This document shows positions 15,040 to 29,205 of a DNA stretch of 64,000 nt, piece by piece; within the stretch, counting starts at the first letter, position 1, and the number at the start of each line of letters is the position of its first letter. Position numbers and translations under genes: made by a program. Under the pieces are notes generated by a model. That model saw only the letters and a program-made list of their open reading frames with translations. It was not told the DNA's origin and did not search any database. The stretch is taken from assembly GCF_009914755.1 (NCBI RefSeq), contig NC_060936.1; one strand, written 5' to 3'. The stretch comes from the human T2T-CHM13v2.0 reference genome, Homo sapiens.

Positions 15040-16340
15040 TCTACAAAAATGTGTATGTGGATTTGTGTGAGAGTGTGATATCAAACTTGGATTATTCAAT
15101 ATACAGTTTTGTTACTGGATTTTTTTTTTAAAGTAACCGATTATGAATATTATCCAAGTGCATAATCTTACTAACCGTAATTTATTTAACTATTCCCCTA
15201 TTGTTAGATATTTAAGTTGTTTCAGTTTTGACTTTATTATTAAAAATGTTTTGGCAAATATCTGTGTATCTTTCTCCCAGGAAACTTTTACCAATTTATA
15301 ATTCCCCCAATAGATCACAGCGCTCTTTTCATTCCATTTATAGGCAAAAGTTGTCTTATTTTTAATTACATTCTTTGTTTCTTAGGGAGATGACCAATTT
15401 AATATGTTTAATAAACATTTAAATTTTTTCTTTGGTGAACTGCTCATTTGTGATTCTTCTCAATTTAATTTGTTGTGTGATATGTTGCTCTCAGGTTCAT
15501 AAGAATTAATTATGTCTTAAAGACATTATCTGAATCCATATTTATTGGAAGTATTTTTCCATTTTAGAGTTTACCTTTAATTTTGATACTGGCAGTTCTT
15601 GATAGTATTTACAAATAATTAAATCTAGTAATTGTTTTCTTTGTGAGTTTTCCATTTCTTAAAGCTTAACTTTTCCATATAAAGCTTTGAAAATGTTTGT
15701 TTATATTTTCTCCTGGTTTTTATTTTTCTGCTTTGAATTTTTATTTATTTATTTATTTATTTTGGTTTTAAGGAGTAGAGAGTTTAGTAGACAAAAAACA
15801 AGGGAGAAGGCAGGAGGAAGAAGCTCCCCCGTGCAGAGACAGAGAGGGGGGGCTCCAAAACTGAAAGAGGAATCCCCCAAATTTTTAATTTTTAACTTTA
15901 TGATACACTTGGAATTATTTGTTTTTTTACTCTCAAATAATTGATACATTTTCCAGGATCATTATGGAATAGTTCTTTTTCTGCTTATCAGCTATTTTCT
16001 TATGTATTATGCATTTTTTTTTGCTGATTATGTATTTTCTTACTGATCATACATGTAGCATATACTAGTTTTTTGTATGTGAGCATTCTTGGGGTCTTGA
16101 TTATACTCCTTTGATCTATTCATTCCTGTTTAAGTTTCACAGTTTTGATTGTTGTACCTTTATAGTAAATTTTAACATCTAGTAAGACAAATTCCTCATG
16201 TTATGATTTTGTTCCTCACAAAAATCTACTTGTTTGTCTTGCTCATTTTATCTTACAGAAGTTTAGAGTTATTTGCCAAGTTAAACATGTCTGCTTGGGA
16301 TTCTGCATAGAATTGCACTAAACCTTAATATTCTTTGAGA
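15040..16340 (-). mobile_element. Very old L1M (L1ME-like) fragment
   Basis: Degenerate antisense L1 3'/ORF2 motifs ('tattcccctattgttagatatttaagttgtttc', 'tgatacacttggaattattt', 'gaattgcactaaacct'). Confidence 0.5.
15744..15879 (-). mobile_element. Short ERV1-class LTR R-region piece (tentatively LTR19-like) with an A-rich tail
   Basis: 'tggttttaaggagtagagagtttagtagac...gaagaagctccccgtgcagagacagag' resembles a recalled ERV1 LTR; directly abutted by (TTTA)n; sits inside the old L1. Confidence 0.55.
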
Positions 16341-18030
16341 TGCAATAACAAAAATAGTTGATAGCATTTAGTATATTCTTCTCAATTGGACTAACACTCC
16401 TCCCATGCTGGAAGATAACTAACTTCCAGGCTATGCACTAGTCTAATGGTGTAAAAGGTAGGGTGTTCAACTGATGGTAACTTACTTCTAAAAGGACATT
16501 TTAAGAAGAGACTTTCCAAAGTAGCTCTCACAGCTTCTGTATTATTAATCTGTTACCTTTCTTTAAAATACTGACACGAGATTTTTGTCATTAGTAAACC
16601 TCAAGCAAATATTTTAATTCTGATACTTTTTAGCACACGGATGGCCCTTTAAAAGCCATGTTTATTAAAATATTAAAGTAAATATCTTAAACAACTTTCT
16701 TATTTGAGTAAAATTAAAAAATTTATCGCTGGAAAATTGTTCTAAAATCTATTTGTAAGACTACTACATAAACAACAAAAAGTAGTTTTCACTCATTTAA
16801 ACCTCCTTATCTGTCTATTGTTTTTGGGTCCCGTTCAGTTTTTTTGTTGTCTGAAATGCATGTGTCCTGTTTCTGATGGGAATTCTTGCTAAGTGATATG
16901 TGTCCTTCTCTTCCTTTGGGATTTGAACTATCCCAGAACCATCTTTTCTCTCTTTCTTTTCCCATAAATTCTGCTTCTCAAATGACAGTGTCTGTGTTTG
17001 GTTTCACAAACATCTGAATGAAAGTCGTTTATTTTCATTTAGAAACACATATTGTAAATTGAGTGCACTTTTGTTTTTAGAAAAGTACAAAGTGATAATT
17101 CAAGGTCTATACAGACAAGATTTTTACTTTCAGAGTAAATACAAGAAGTGTAGCCTTATTTTCCAAGACTGTCTGTGTGGAAGAGCATCTTTAGATAATA
17201 AATAAATTCAATTAGTTTGACTAATACTATTTATTAATTTGGCTTTCTGTCAGCAATTTTGAAGAGCAGATTTTCTGTTGTTAAGAATGATGATCATTTT
17301 CTTAATTCTTATTTTATGTTCTTATGAGAATAGTGGTCTAGTAATGAATCACAAATGTCTAAATGTATGTGGCTGCAAATGCTAGTAAAGTGTTGAGTGC
17401 AGAAACATTTTGTGTTTGGGGAACTCATTGCAGTCTTTGAACATTTCCTGCATTTTCTGTGACACTAGGAAAAGGAGAGGCCTTGCTATTTTCCCATAAT
17501 GACTTCTTTCAGGAGCACTAGGATGATGCTTTTAAGATGTAATTTGGGAACACAACAGAGGAGATCAAAAAACTTCAGGAAGACAATACTTTCTTTAACT
17601 TCAATATAAATCGTAAAATTGAAAATTTTTATATGGCTGGAAAAATAAATAAGTAAATTATAGACACTGATACTTCAGCCTGAACATATCCTGGAAGCAA
17701 TCAGAGTAGATATAGACAATTGCCAGTAAGATGGGCTGCTGAGAGTCAGACATTTTTCATCTATTTTTGAGTTAACAAATGTAGAGTTTCATGGCAGTGG
17801 GATTTGATGGTATTGGGGCAATCTTCCACTGGAAACAACTATACAAGGATTCATGTGGGTTTCCCAGCATGATGTATATTCGGGAGCCTGAGCACATGTG
17901 CATCTTCCATGGTTTGTGAAATGACCATTTTCCTTGTGTAGCAGTAAAACAACTTCCCTCAGAAAAATGGATTGTGATCGTCAATATTTAATTTTACTTT
18001 ATTTTAAAACATTGAACATAGATTTGATTA

Positions 18031-18466
18031 TTGCATGGCTTGAGTATGCTTTGTCCCAACAATAACTCATGTTGAAATGTGGTCCAATTTGGTGATGCTG
18101 GGCCTAATAAGAGGTGTTTGGGTCATGGGGGTGGATCTCTTACAGATTTCTTGGTGTCACCCTCCTGCTCTGCTGGTAGTGAGTTCTCACTCTTTTGAGA
18201 ATGGAATAGTTGCTTTGAGAGTGGGTTGTTACAAAGCGAGCTTCCTCCTTCTGTTTGGTTCCTCTTCATGCCTGTCTGTTTCCCCTTTGACTTTCCCTGC
18301 CACGTTTTGACCTCACTCATGGCCTTCACCAGAAGCTAAACAGATGCTGGCTCCATGCTTATCATACTACCCAGCCTGCAGAACCATGAACTAAGTAAAC
18401 CTCTTACCTTTGTAAATTAGCCAGCCTCATATATTCTGTTATGGCAACACAAAATGGACTAACACA
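18031..18466 (+). mobile_element. MST (MSTB2/MSTC-like) solo LTR
   Basis: 'actcatgttgaaat...gaggtgtttgggtcatgggggtggatc...cagcctgcagaaccatga...gcaacacaaaatggactaacaca'. Confidence 0.8.
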
Positions 18467-18769
18467 GTTATTATCCAATTTGATTCAGATTCAATTCCAT
18501 TTTTAATTTTTAAGAAAATGCAATTCAAAGGTACCAAACAATAATAATAATGTGCCTAATCATAAAACATGCAGAGGATTGATTTTATTTTTTCATAAAG
18601 AGAATCTAAAAAAGTCCACTAGCTGGATTTTTCTTTCTTCAACTAAAACATACACAATTACTTCTTGAACAACAAAAAATATCATTTGGTACTGCTCAAC
18701 CCATTCAGAATATCACAGAAAAAAGTAACAATTACAAAAATAAGACTAAAAGAGAAATAGATTTATGTA

Positions 18770-20280
18770 ACATTCAATATTTATTTAAAAATGTTAATTC
18801 ACTATATACTATGCCTGTTAATTGATGATCTACTATTAATAAAAATCTTTGCCATCAAGTGTTTACATTCTAAACAGACTAGGTTCAGGAAAGAAACAGG
18901 AGCTGTATAATGCAAGTTGCTACAAACTACAGCTCACAGACCAAATGTGGCCCATGCCTATTGGTGTGCATATAGTTTATTAGAACACAGCCTTGCAAGT
19001 TTTTTGTATATTATCTATGATTGCTTTTGCACTACAATGGAAGAGTTTCATAGTTGTTACAGAGTGGGTTCAACAAAAATAGGATATTCAGGGAAATAAT
19101 ATAACTGTGGAGCAAATTGAAAGACTAAGGATAGATAACTCCTATGAGAACTTTTTCAGTAAAGACAATCAGGGAAATGAGGCAGTAGCTAGGGGAAGAT
19201 ATGGGGTCAAAGAAGGACTTTTTTCTTTAAATAGGCACTGTTAGAGTATATTTGTATACTAATGGAAAAGATGTCTGGAGAAGGAGATAAATATTACCTT
19301 AAGTAAGTGAGAGGGGTAGAATCCAGTGTGCAGTGGAAGAAGTGGTGTTAAATAAGAACACAGAGGATTTATCCACAGAGCATGAGGGAAAATGGAGTAT
19401 GTAAGCTCAGATGAAGATGGCATAATAGGTTTGGGGTAGACCCATATGAATGTTCTCTCCCAACTGATTCGTAGTTTTCAGCAGAATAATAATCTAGGTC
19501 ATCAACTCAGAGTGAAGAATCACCACTCTGAAAGTGGGTGAGTGAACGAATTAGGAAAATGAATCAAATTGCCTAGCAGCACTGAGGGCCCACTTGAGGT
19601 TAATGGTCATAAAAATGAGCCCAGTGAGCATGGTTGAGTGCATTTCTTTTTTCAGCTCTGTGCTCCTCCATTGGTGCATGTGAGAACTACATAGAGAATG
19701 CTATCTAGCTAGGTTTAGAGTTTTTCCAGAGGACTACGATGGAGGGGAAAATGGGCTAAGAGTCAAGAGTGTATGTAAGGGAGTGTTTACACTGGTGACT
19801 TCTAGAATCTAATCTGGATAAGAAGCAGGTGAGAATATGACTTGGGTAAGGCACAGTAAAAAGGTGATAGAATAATAGGAGGAGGTCCAAAGTCAAGTAA
19901 TTTTTTGAGTAAGGGACAAGATAAATGATCTAGAAAGATATGATGTGGTGGCTGGAGAGAGGCCTGATTGAACTTGAGGTTGGGAATAATGCAGTTATTG
20001 GTAAAACATACAGAGATATGTTTTGAGAGGTGACTTTGGTAGAGTGAAAGATAACCACAGTTCAAAAGAGGAGTCAAGAATCTGAAAGGATAAAATGTTG
20101 AAAGGATTATGTGCCTGGACATGGAAATCGCCAAGAATTATGGCAGTAATCGCTCTGGAGTTACCACTGCTAACATCTTCAAAGAATAGGAGGAAGGTCT
20201 TGGAGGTCCTCAGATGACTGGAATAAGCAGGGATGGTGAGTAATATAGTCTGATAGCAGGAGCTGGGGAGTTTTGGAGAT
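18770..20280 (-). mobile_element. L2 fragment(s)
   Basis: Antisense L2 3' end 'cattcaatatttattt' followed by the purine-rich degenerate L2 body. Confidence 0.55.
18913..19065. mobile_element. MER58A-like hAT-Charlie fragment
   Basis: 'caaactacagctcacagaccaaatgtggcc...tttattagaacacagcc...tgcttttgcactacaatgg...agttgttacagag'. Confidence 0.7.
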
Positions 20281-20313
20281 TCAGTCCAAGAGAAGTCTAA
20301 ACAATTACTAGGA

Positions 20314-20489
20314 CAGTGGTAACCAAATTTTGCTGTACATTAGAATAATCTGAGGAGCTTTAAAACACCTGGCATTCCAGTTCACAGCCCATACCAACTA
20401 AATCAGAATTTCTGGGGAGGTAGAAGCAGGATTCGAATAGTGTAAGATCCCTAGATGATTTCAACATCAGCAAAGTTTGGGAACCACTG
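20314..20489. mobile_element. MER5A-like hAT-Charlie MITE
   Basis: Terminal inverted repeats cagtggt...accactg; 'cattagaataatctgaggagcttt', 'aaatcagaatttctgggg'. Confidence 0.8.
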
Positions 20490-20519
20490 CCACAGAGTCC
20501 ACCTTATACATTTTGATGA

Positions 20520-20690
20520 ACCGTTTGGTGAGAATTAAAGCAGGACAAATTAATTTGCTGAAGGAAAGATTTATTCTGAAACCAACTCTCTGTAAATGGG
20601 GTGCAGGAAATGAAAACATCGAGAACAATAACAAAAACAGCTGTTGGAAATCAACCGGAAATGGCGAGGTTATTACGATAAGAAAGTTCA
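20520..20690. promoter_or_regulatory. Candidate enhancer (ETS/SOX/GATA/E-box cluster)
   Basis: GGAAATGAAA 20606-20615, AACAAT 20624-20629, CAGCTG 20638-20643, ACCGGAAAT 20654-20662, GATAAG 20677-20682; five CpGs in about 155 bp of non-repeat DNA. Confidence 0.35.
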
Positions 20691-23333
20691 CAATTTGAGA
20701 ATTTGAGGGGGTGCTTTAGTTTAGATGATAACTTTAATAGCCATGTGGCCTTGCTCCAGGTACTTAACTTTATCTTTAGTCTCTTTATTTTAAAAAAGAG
20801 ATCAAAATATATACCTTTCAAATACTGACAGAATGTGAATGTCCACAGTGCCCTTAATAAATGTAAATTCTTCCAATGAAAACATTTTTGTACCTTCCCC
20901 ACAAATGTTTATATAATGTTCCTTTGTTACATAATTTTTATATACTTTTTCATATATTTGTATATAATTTTTATGTTATATATAATTTATACAAAAAAAT
21001 CACAAGACAACAAGTGATGTGCCTGGTGTGTAACAGTTTGTCAGTCTGAAGTCAGGTTCATTGCTCTTCCCTTAAAACCATTGTATGACAAAATATGACC
21101 ATATCAAGCTCCTTGTCTTCTCTTGCCTTGTGAGAGGATTATAAATAATATCTTTGGAGAAAGGAGAGGGGAAATTGGTTATTGCTCACCTTCTAGATTC
21201 ATTCTGGGAAGGCTGTACTGTTGCATGATTAAAATCACAATGTAGAGTGAGTCAGACATGGTTCTGAATTTTAATTGTATTGCTTTTAATCTAACTTCTC
21301 TGAATCTCTTGTTGGAGCTGTTGAGAGCATATATGTGCCAACCGTATAAATTAGTAAGTGGCTCATAGTGTGTGTGTGTGTTCAATGAATTGTTGCTGTC
21401 ACTATTTATTTATAGCCACTTTAATTGAGGCCATTTACAGTTTTGCAAGTTAGTAATACCATTAAGAGCACTAAAAGTAGTGTGTGAAAAAATATAAACA
21501 TTCTTAATATTTAAAAAATTCGGTATTTGATGATTTCTGAAAGTTTTTCTTACACTTTGTTTACTCAGGACATAAAGATTTCAAGGGAACTTATTTAATT
21601 TCCTCTGATAAAGTGTCTGGCAGGAAGTTGAAAAAATGGAAAAGATGAATTGCTTCATAAGTGCTCAAAGTTAAGACATGAATATCACTATGACAGAGAC
21701 CTGTCTACGGAAATGGTATTTTTAAAATGAGATAATGACCTATTGTCCCTTTTTATAATTTGCTAAATGTGAATTTGCTGAAGAGTAATCACAGAGATCC
21801 AGTTGTGTTGGATTCCAGAAGCAGCCTTTCAGTGGTGATGAGCCAATGGCAACATACTGCAGTGCTCACAGGAAATCACTGCTTTATGGATGAAAAAAGT
21901 CCTCCAGAAGTATCTTTAATAGCAATGGTATTATTTTACAAAAAGCTATTAAACTGTCTACATGAGAAAGAGGCCTTCACTCCAAAGGTCTATTTAGTTC
22001 CTTTCACTTTTATTTTTCTGGCTATTATATAATAAGCATATATAAATGCTGTTTGAAAATTTCAAGTCTTGTAAAGGCCCAGAAAATTTCAGGTCAGTTA
22101 ACCCAGTTAAGCAGTCTCTTGGCGTGACTCTCTAATACTTACACATTTCCCTGGGCCATAAATTAAACAGGCCTTCACAGGAATTTATATAGCTTATTTT
22201 CGGGGTGGTCTTTGACAAATTCAGCCTGAGAAGGATATCTTCCTAGGGAAAAGGATGATTTAATGCCTTTTTAAAATTTTTTCCTAAATGAAAAGGCCTT
22301 ATATTTACAAAATTACTTGGTATATATCAATACTAGCATATTCTTGGTGGATTAATGCATTGTCGTCATCAGAAAGGGGTAATGCTTGCTTGTGAAGGTC
22401 TTGTTCTGCTGAGTGTATAAAAGACCAAGAGCAGGAAGGGCTTATTTCCCTCTAAATCTAATGAAGAGTTAGTAGGAGTTTCTAACATGGCTTTGAAAGA
22501 AGACAAACTCAGCAAGATGGTCTTCACTTTAATTACAGCATATAACCTTTTAAAAATCTTGTATTAAAGAGTCATGATGGAAGAAAAAATTTAAGTTAAA
22601 TATTTGCTTGTTTAAAGAATGAAGAACTTACATCTGTTTATTTTTTGCAGCATTTCAAGTCCTATTCTTTTTAACTTATGTATTAATGGTGGGATATTTG
22701 GCAAGTTACCTTAACACTTTGAGATATTAGTCTTTTTGGAGTTAACTATAAAGACTAAATGAAATAATGTGGATAAAATGCCTAGTACTTAATAGTCACT
22801 CAACAAGTGCTTATTCCTCATCACTAAATATAGGCCTTGTAGGATTCACCATGACTAGAAGAGCACAGGCACCTTGCTGAATCAGTTTGCTCACTTTATT
22901 TGACATATAATCTGCTTATCCCATTTCTTTTTCAAAAAGCTATACTTAAGATGGAAAGCTGAGGTCTTCTTCACTGAAGGTGGATTTTCCCTCTAGATTC
23001 CTGCTCATCTAATGGTGGGAACTTTTTCTAATCTATTATGTGTGCTGCATGATAGATGAAACATAAAAAAATTAAATAGGTAAAAATACTTAATGTTAAT
23101 CCTATGCCACTAGGATACACACTGGGCTTCACCCTGGCTCCTAATTGGAACCATTGGAAGGGCTTTTTAAAAAATACAGACTTAAAAGTATATTTTTAAA
23201 GGTCTGCAAGTGTTTTTGTTGCTGAAAAAAAATGGTTTAAAACGTAAACCTAACAGACAAAAAGTGTGAGTAATAAATCAAGGATATTATACCCACAGGA
23301 AAAATTTTATTATGCTTGCAAAAAGCAAATGGA

Positions 23334-23655
23334 GGCTGGGCACGGTGGCTCACGCCTGTAATCCCAGCACTTTGGGAGGCGAGGCGGGTGGATCACCTGA
23401 GGTCAGGAGTTCAAGAACAGCCTGACTGACATGGCAATAGTCCATTTCAACTAAAAATACAAAAATTAGCCAGGCATGGTGGTGCATGCCTGTAGTCCCA
23501 GTTACTTGGGAGGCTGAGACAGGAGAATCGTTTGAACCCAGGAGGCGGAGGTTAAAGTGAGCCAAGATTGTGTCAATGCACTCTCGCCTGGACAACAGAG
23601 TGAGACTCCATCTCAAAAAAACAAACAAACAACAACAACAACAAAAACAAAAAAA
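23334..23655 (+). mobile_element. AluS (Sx-like)
   Basis: Full dimer with 'gatcacctgaggtcaggagttc'; (AAAC)/(AAC)n tail; TSD core caaatgga. Confidence 0.93.
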
Positions 23656-23984
23656 CCCCAAATGGAATGTGTTTTAGATGTATATTTGTGCCTTCTCTGA
23701 AGTCATTTGCATGTGTGAAGTTATTTGCAGGAATCCTGCCTTTAACAGAGCATTTTACAGACAGACACAGATTGACTTAGAGTCCTTCTGCACCACCTCC
23801 ACAGTAGAGTAGGGAGGGGGTGAGTTTTAAAATCCCCAAATGTAAGATATTAGACTTGCTGAATATTAAAAATAGCATATTTATGTAAAAAATCACATGT
23901 ACTGAGAACTCAGTTGTTGATGAATATTGTAAAATATGTAAAGTTTTACTTATACTCTTAAAATCTGGCAGTTATAAAAGTTAG

Positions 23985-24460
23985 TGTTCTCACAGTAAAC
24001 AAATGACACATCTAGATTAGGATAATTTCAAGATGGTTTAATAATGGATCTATTTACATGGGTATGGGCAGGGTGTATAGGAACCACAGAGGATGGTGTA
24101 GTCATGTGGCTAGTGTCAGCAGAGCTGTTATCATCCTTTCTCCCAAAAGAACGAGGGGAAGAATTGGTTACTAGAGTGGAAAAGAAGAGCTGCCTGCACA
24201 CAGCCACCTTGAAAGAATTAGTGACCTTAGGCCAAGGGACACAGCCAATTCAAGGTGACCACACAGGGAGGGAGGCAGCAGGGGAATGTACACTCTGAAC
24301 TCACTCTTCTGTCTCCCTCCAGTCTCCTATAATAGCTCTCCATTGGCCAAACCTAAGAAGAAGTCAGTACAAGGAGGTAGACTGGGGCCAAGAAGGGGGA
24401 GCAGAGAGAAGATATCCAGTAGAGGAGCAGAGGTGGAGAAGTGGAGGTCTTGAAAAGATT
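23985..24460 (-). mobile_element. Old ERVL-class LTR (LTR33/LTR41-like)
   Basis: 'ctcactcttctgtctccctccagtctcct...cccattggccaaaccta...agagcagaggtggagaagtgga' resembles recalled ERVL LTRs. Confidence 0.45.
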
Positions 24461-25160
24461 AATATCTCTTGATAACACTGTTGATTTATCAAACATATAC
24501 TGAGTATTTATTATTTGTCAAGTTCTATTACTTGTCATTGAGAGGACAACAATTAATGGCACCAAGTCCCTAGAATAAAGGAGCTCACATGTTACGTGGC
24601 AAGAGTCACAAGCACATGCAAGAGTGAAAATTTTATGTAAGTGAAAGGTTAAACTTCCAAACAAATGACAAAAGTTTTGAAGAAGGATTTCAGTAACTGC
24701 TTTCAAAAGAGTATTTTCCTGCAAAGATTCCCTAAAGATAACAGGAAATCCACTTCCAGGAAGAACATTGAATCTGATGGGTATAAAGGGAGAAAAAACA
24801 ATATCAGGATGTTACATCAAGACCTGAGAGGAAGGAGTGAAATTGACAAAAGTGTTCAGTTAAGGAAATTTCTACACACAAAAAAATTCAATCACATATA
24901 TTTCTTTAAAAAGCTATTTGTAACAAGTTTGTCATGTCTTTTATAGATATATAGAAAACTTTGTAAAGGTTATGTTGGGAATTAATCATAAAAAAGTGTT
25001 CCTCATCAAGCAGCCATCGTGCTTCTCCTTCCTCTCCCCTTGTCCTCTTCCTTTCTTCTCTCTCCTTCCAGATTTTCCCCCAGAAACTTCCATTATTTCC
25101 TTCTATCATTGTTAATCTAGTAAAAAGTACTTTAGCAAATATGTTTACTTCGGAAAGTTT

Positions 25161-25301
25161 AGTTGTTCTCAAATGTTAGCATTATCACGATCACCTAGAG
25201 GATTTGTTAAAACAGATTTCCAGGGGCTGAGAATTTTTATTGTTAAGTTCTCAGATGACACTGATGTTGTAAGTCTGGGTACCACACTTTGAGAACCATG
25301 G
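25161..25301. mobile_element. MER5A
   Basis: 'gttctcaaa...atcacctagaggatttgttaaaacagatt...accacactttgagaaccatgg'. Confidence 0.75.
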
Positions 25302-26129
25302 CTGTAAGTTACAACACAACACATCTCTGATGACCACTTTAATTATCAGGTGATTTAATTCCTCTATTGATGTCACAAGAGCAGGTGCAGAAAACTCCAG
25401 TAACTTTGAGAAAGAACGTTTCTTTTCACAAGACTGAATTTTATCCTCTACCCTGGCCATTTTGAAAATGTTTCATCAGGACATGGCCCTTTTTTGATTA
25501 GGACTTACATAAAACCAAATCATAACATATTCCTTGATTTAATTAGTTTTATGAGAATCAAGGGAAGATAGTGATAATCTGGAGATCATTACATGATTTT
25601 TAATATTAGTCTGCCACTTGATAGTACTGACTAATACTTGATATAACTCTTTATTTTACTATTTAGAAAAACATCTTGAAAGCAAGTGTTGAACATTAAA
25701 TAGCTAGCAAAAGCTACCAAAAATGTCTCTCAGTGTTCAGGTTACTCTTGGATTTATTGTATTTTATTTAGGAAGTACTTAAACATTCCTAGCATATGCA
25801 GAGTACTTTCTTCTTCTGGAAAGCATAAAAAAATTAGTGGAAGAAACAAATATACAAAAGAGAGTGAACAAAGGGCAGAAAGGGAAAACATTGCATTTTT
25901 GGTGAAGTATGGCAACAGCTGGCATCAGAGTGCCAAGCTCAACATTAATTCTTTATTTTGTGCAATATTTAAGTCTTTGGTTGATGGTGTTTGGGATGTA
26001 AGAGTTGAACAGATGGAGGAGAATGGACCCCAAGATAAGGTGAGTTCTCCTGTGTCAGCTACTAGTAAGACTATCTACAAGTAACAGAATATCCAGTCAA
26101 AAATAGCTTAAATAAGTAAAGACTTCTAG

Positions 26130-26607
<478 letters not shown>

Positions 26608-26825
26608 AATTCTCACAATATTTCAAACTTTTTCATTAGTATATTTGTTATGGTGGTCTGTGATCAGTGATATTTTGATGTCACTATTGTAATTGTCTGG
26701 GAGTGTCACGAACTTCACCTATGAAAGACAGTGACTCTTGTTAGGGGCTAGTGCAGCTGTTGACTTTAATTTAAAGTCAATGCTCATTGGCTATTCTGAA
26801 AATTCTTTAAGAATTATGCTAAATG

Positions 26826-27290
<465 letters not shown>

Positions 27291-27931
27291 TCACCCAAGA
27301 GCTCTGATGAAGATGTACAAAGAGATGAATGTTGTTTTCATTCCTGCTAACACAACATCCATTCTGAAGTCCATGGATCCAGGAATCAATCTGGCTTGCT
27401 GGTTTCTAGTTGTATTACTTAAGAAATGCACTTTGTAAGGTTATCATTGCCATAAATACTGATTTCTCTGATGGAGCTGGGCAAAGTTAATGAAAAATCT
27501 TCTGAAAAATATTCACAATTGTAGATGTCATTAAGAACATTCATGCTTCATGGGAACAAGTGAAAATATCAACATTAATATGAGTTTGGAAGAAGTTGAT
27601 TCCAACCCTAATGGATGACTTCGAGAGGTTCAAGACTTCAGTGGAGGAAGTCACTGTAGGTGACTTAGGAGGAAATAGCAAAATAACTAGAATTAGCAGT
27701 GGAGCCTGAAGATGTGACTAAATTGCTACAATCTCATGATAAAACTTGAACAGACGAGGAGTTATTTCATATGGATGAGCAAAGAGTGGTTTCTTGAGAT
27801 AGCATCTACTCTTGATGAAGACAACGTGAACATTGTTGAAATGACAACAAACGATTTAGAAGATTAAATAAACTGAGTTGAAAAAGCGGTGGGGTTTGAG
27901 AGGATTGACTCTAATTTTGAAAGAAGTTCTA

Positions 27932-28052
27932 GGCTGGTTTCAGTGATTCATGTCTAATCCGAGCACTTTGGGAGGCTGGGGCAGGATGATCGCTTGAGGC
28001 CAGGCATTGGAGATTAGCTTGGGCAACATAGTGAGACCCTGTTGCTATTAAA
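27932..28052 (+). mobile_element. FLAM/AluJ left monomer
   Basis: 'gcactttgggaggctggggcaggatgatcgcttgaggccagg...gggcaacatagtgagaccctg'. Confidence 0.8.
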
Positions 28053-28970
28053 TCAAACAGCACCCCATGCTATAGAGAAATCTTTCATGAAGAGTCAATC
28101 AATATGGCAAACTTCATTGCTGTCTTATTTTGTGACGTTGCCACAGCCACCCCAACCTTCAGCAACCACCACCTTGATCAGTCAGCAGCTGTCAACATCA
28201 AGGTAAGACCCTCAACAAGCAAAAAGATTATGACTTGCTGTAAGCTTAGATGATCATTAGCAATAAAGTATTTAAAATTAAGGTATATACACTATTTATT
28301 TAGACGTAATGCTATTGCACACTTAGTAGACTACAGTATACTGTAAATGTAACTTTTATAGGTACTAGGAATCCAAAAAATGTGTAACTGGCTGTATTGC
28401 AATACTCAGTCTATTGCAGTGGTTTGGAAGGGAACGTGTGATAACTCCAAGGTATGCCTATATTTTCTTTCTGTGATAAGATGTCTGAGGGTAGGCGGTC
28501 TGCTGTGGGTTCAGCAGTTCAAATTCACTGCCAAGATCTCTGTGATTTGCCTTATGGCTTTAAGATGGCGCCTGCAGTTCTACCAGCTTCTTGTCTACAT
28601 TTGAGAAAGGAATAAAGGAGGGAATATTCTGGTCCAACTCGTCCCCATTTATTAGGTAAACATAGCCTTTCCCAGAATTTCTTTCAGCCTTTTATTTAAA
28701 TATTATTAGTCATGTGTCACATAGCCAACTCTAGCTGGAAGGGATGATAAGAAAAATATTTAGCTAGGTACATTCCTATCTCAAATAAAATCAGACTTTT
28801 TTTTTTTTTCCCGAGAGAGGGGAGACATATAAGATTTTCTGCCTCAGGGGGCCCCTTGGGAAGCTGTTTAATATTGTCAGGCTGACACTACCAGCCCCTG
28901 CCTGATCCTGCTCTCCTATCAGGATTAATACTTAGGCATGTGGAGAATATAACAAAAATCTCAAGTTCTC

Positions 28971-29020
28971 GTATCCTACAGTTTAATTCTGTATCCTACA
29001 GTTTAAGCCCCACAGTTTAA
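28971..29020 (+). repeat. Short tandem duplication (20-bp period)
   Basis: gtatcctacagtttaa at 28971 and 28991, partial third copy acagtttaa at 29012. Confidence 0.8.
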
Positions 29021-29205
29021 TCCTGCTTTGGGAACTTAAGCTATGTAACTCTGAACAAATTATTTGACATATCTGAGCTTTAATTTTCATAAAACAGGGA
29101 TAATAAGATTACCTTCTTTCCCAGGTTATTGGTGATTTTAAAAGAGGCACTGTGTGTGGCACCCTTCCTTCAGGGCCTAGCATAGAGTGAACATTCAATA
29201 AATTA
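29020..29205 (+). mobile_element. MIR
   Basis: 'agctatgtaactctgaacaaattatttgacatatctgagc...taaaacagggataataag...gcctagcatagagtgaacattcaataaa'. Confidence 0.65.

Noticed and set aside
25974-26045. Possible small exon ending at a strong donor AAG|GTGAGT (26039/26040)
   Set aside because: The upstream acceptor is weak (AAG, poor pyrimidine tract); isolated donor matches are common; needs RNA-seq.
28561-28572. YY1-like AAGATGGCG, partial CTCF-like motif
   Set aside because: Lies in an old MLT1 LTR where similar words are ancestral; poor match to the 5' half of the CTCF motif.
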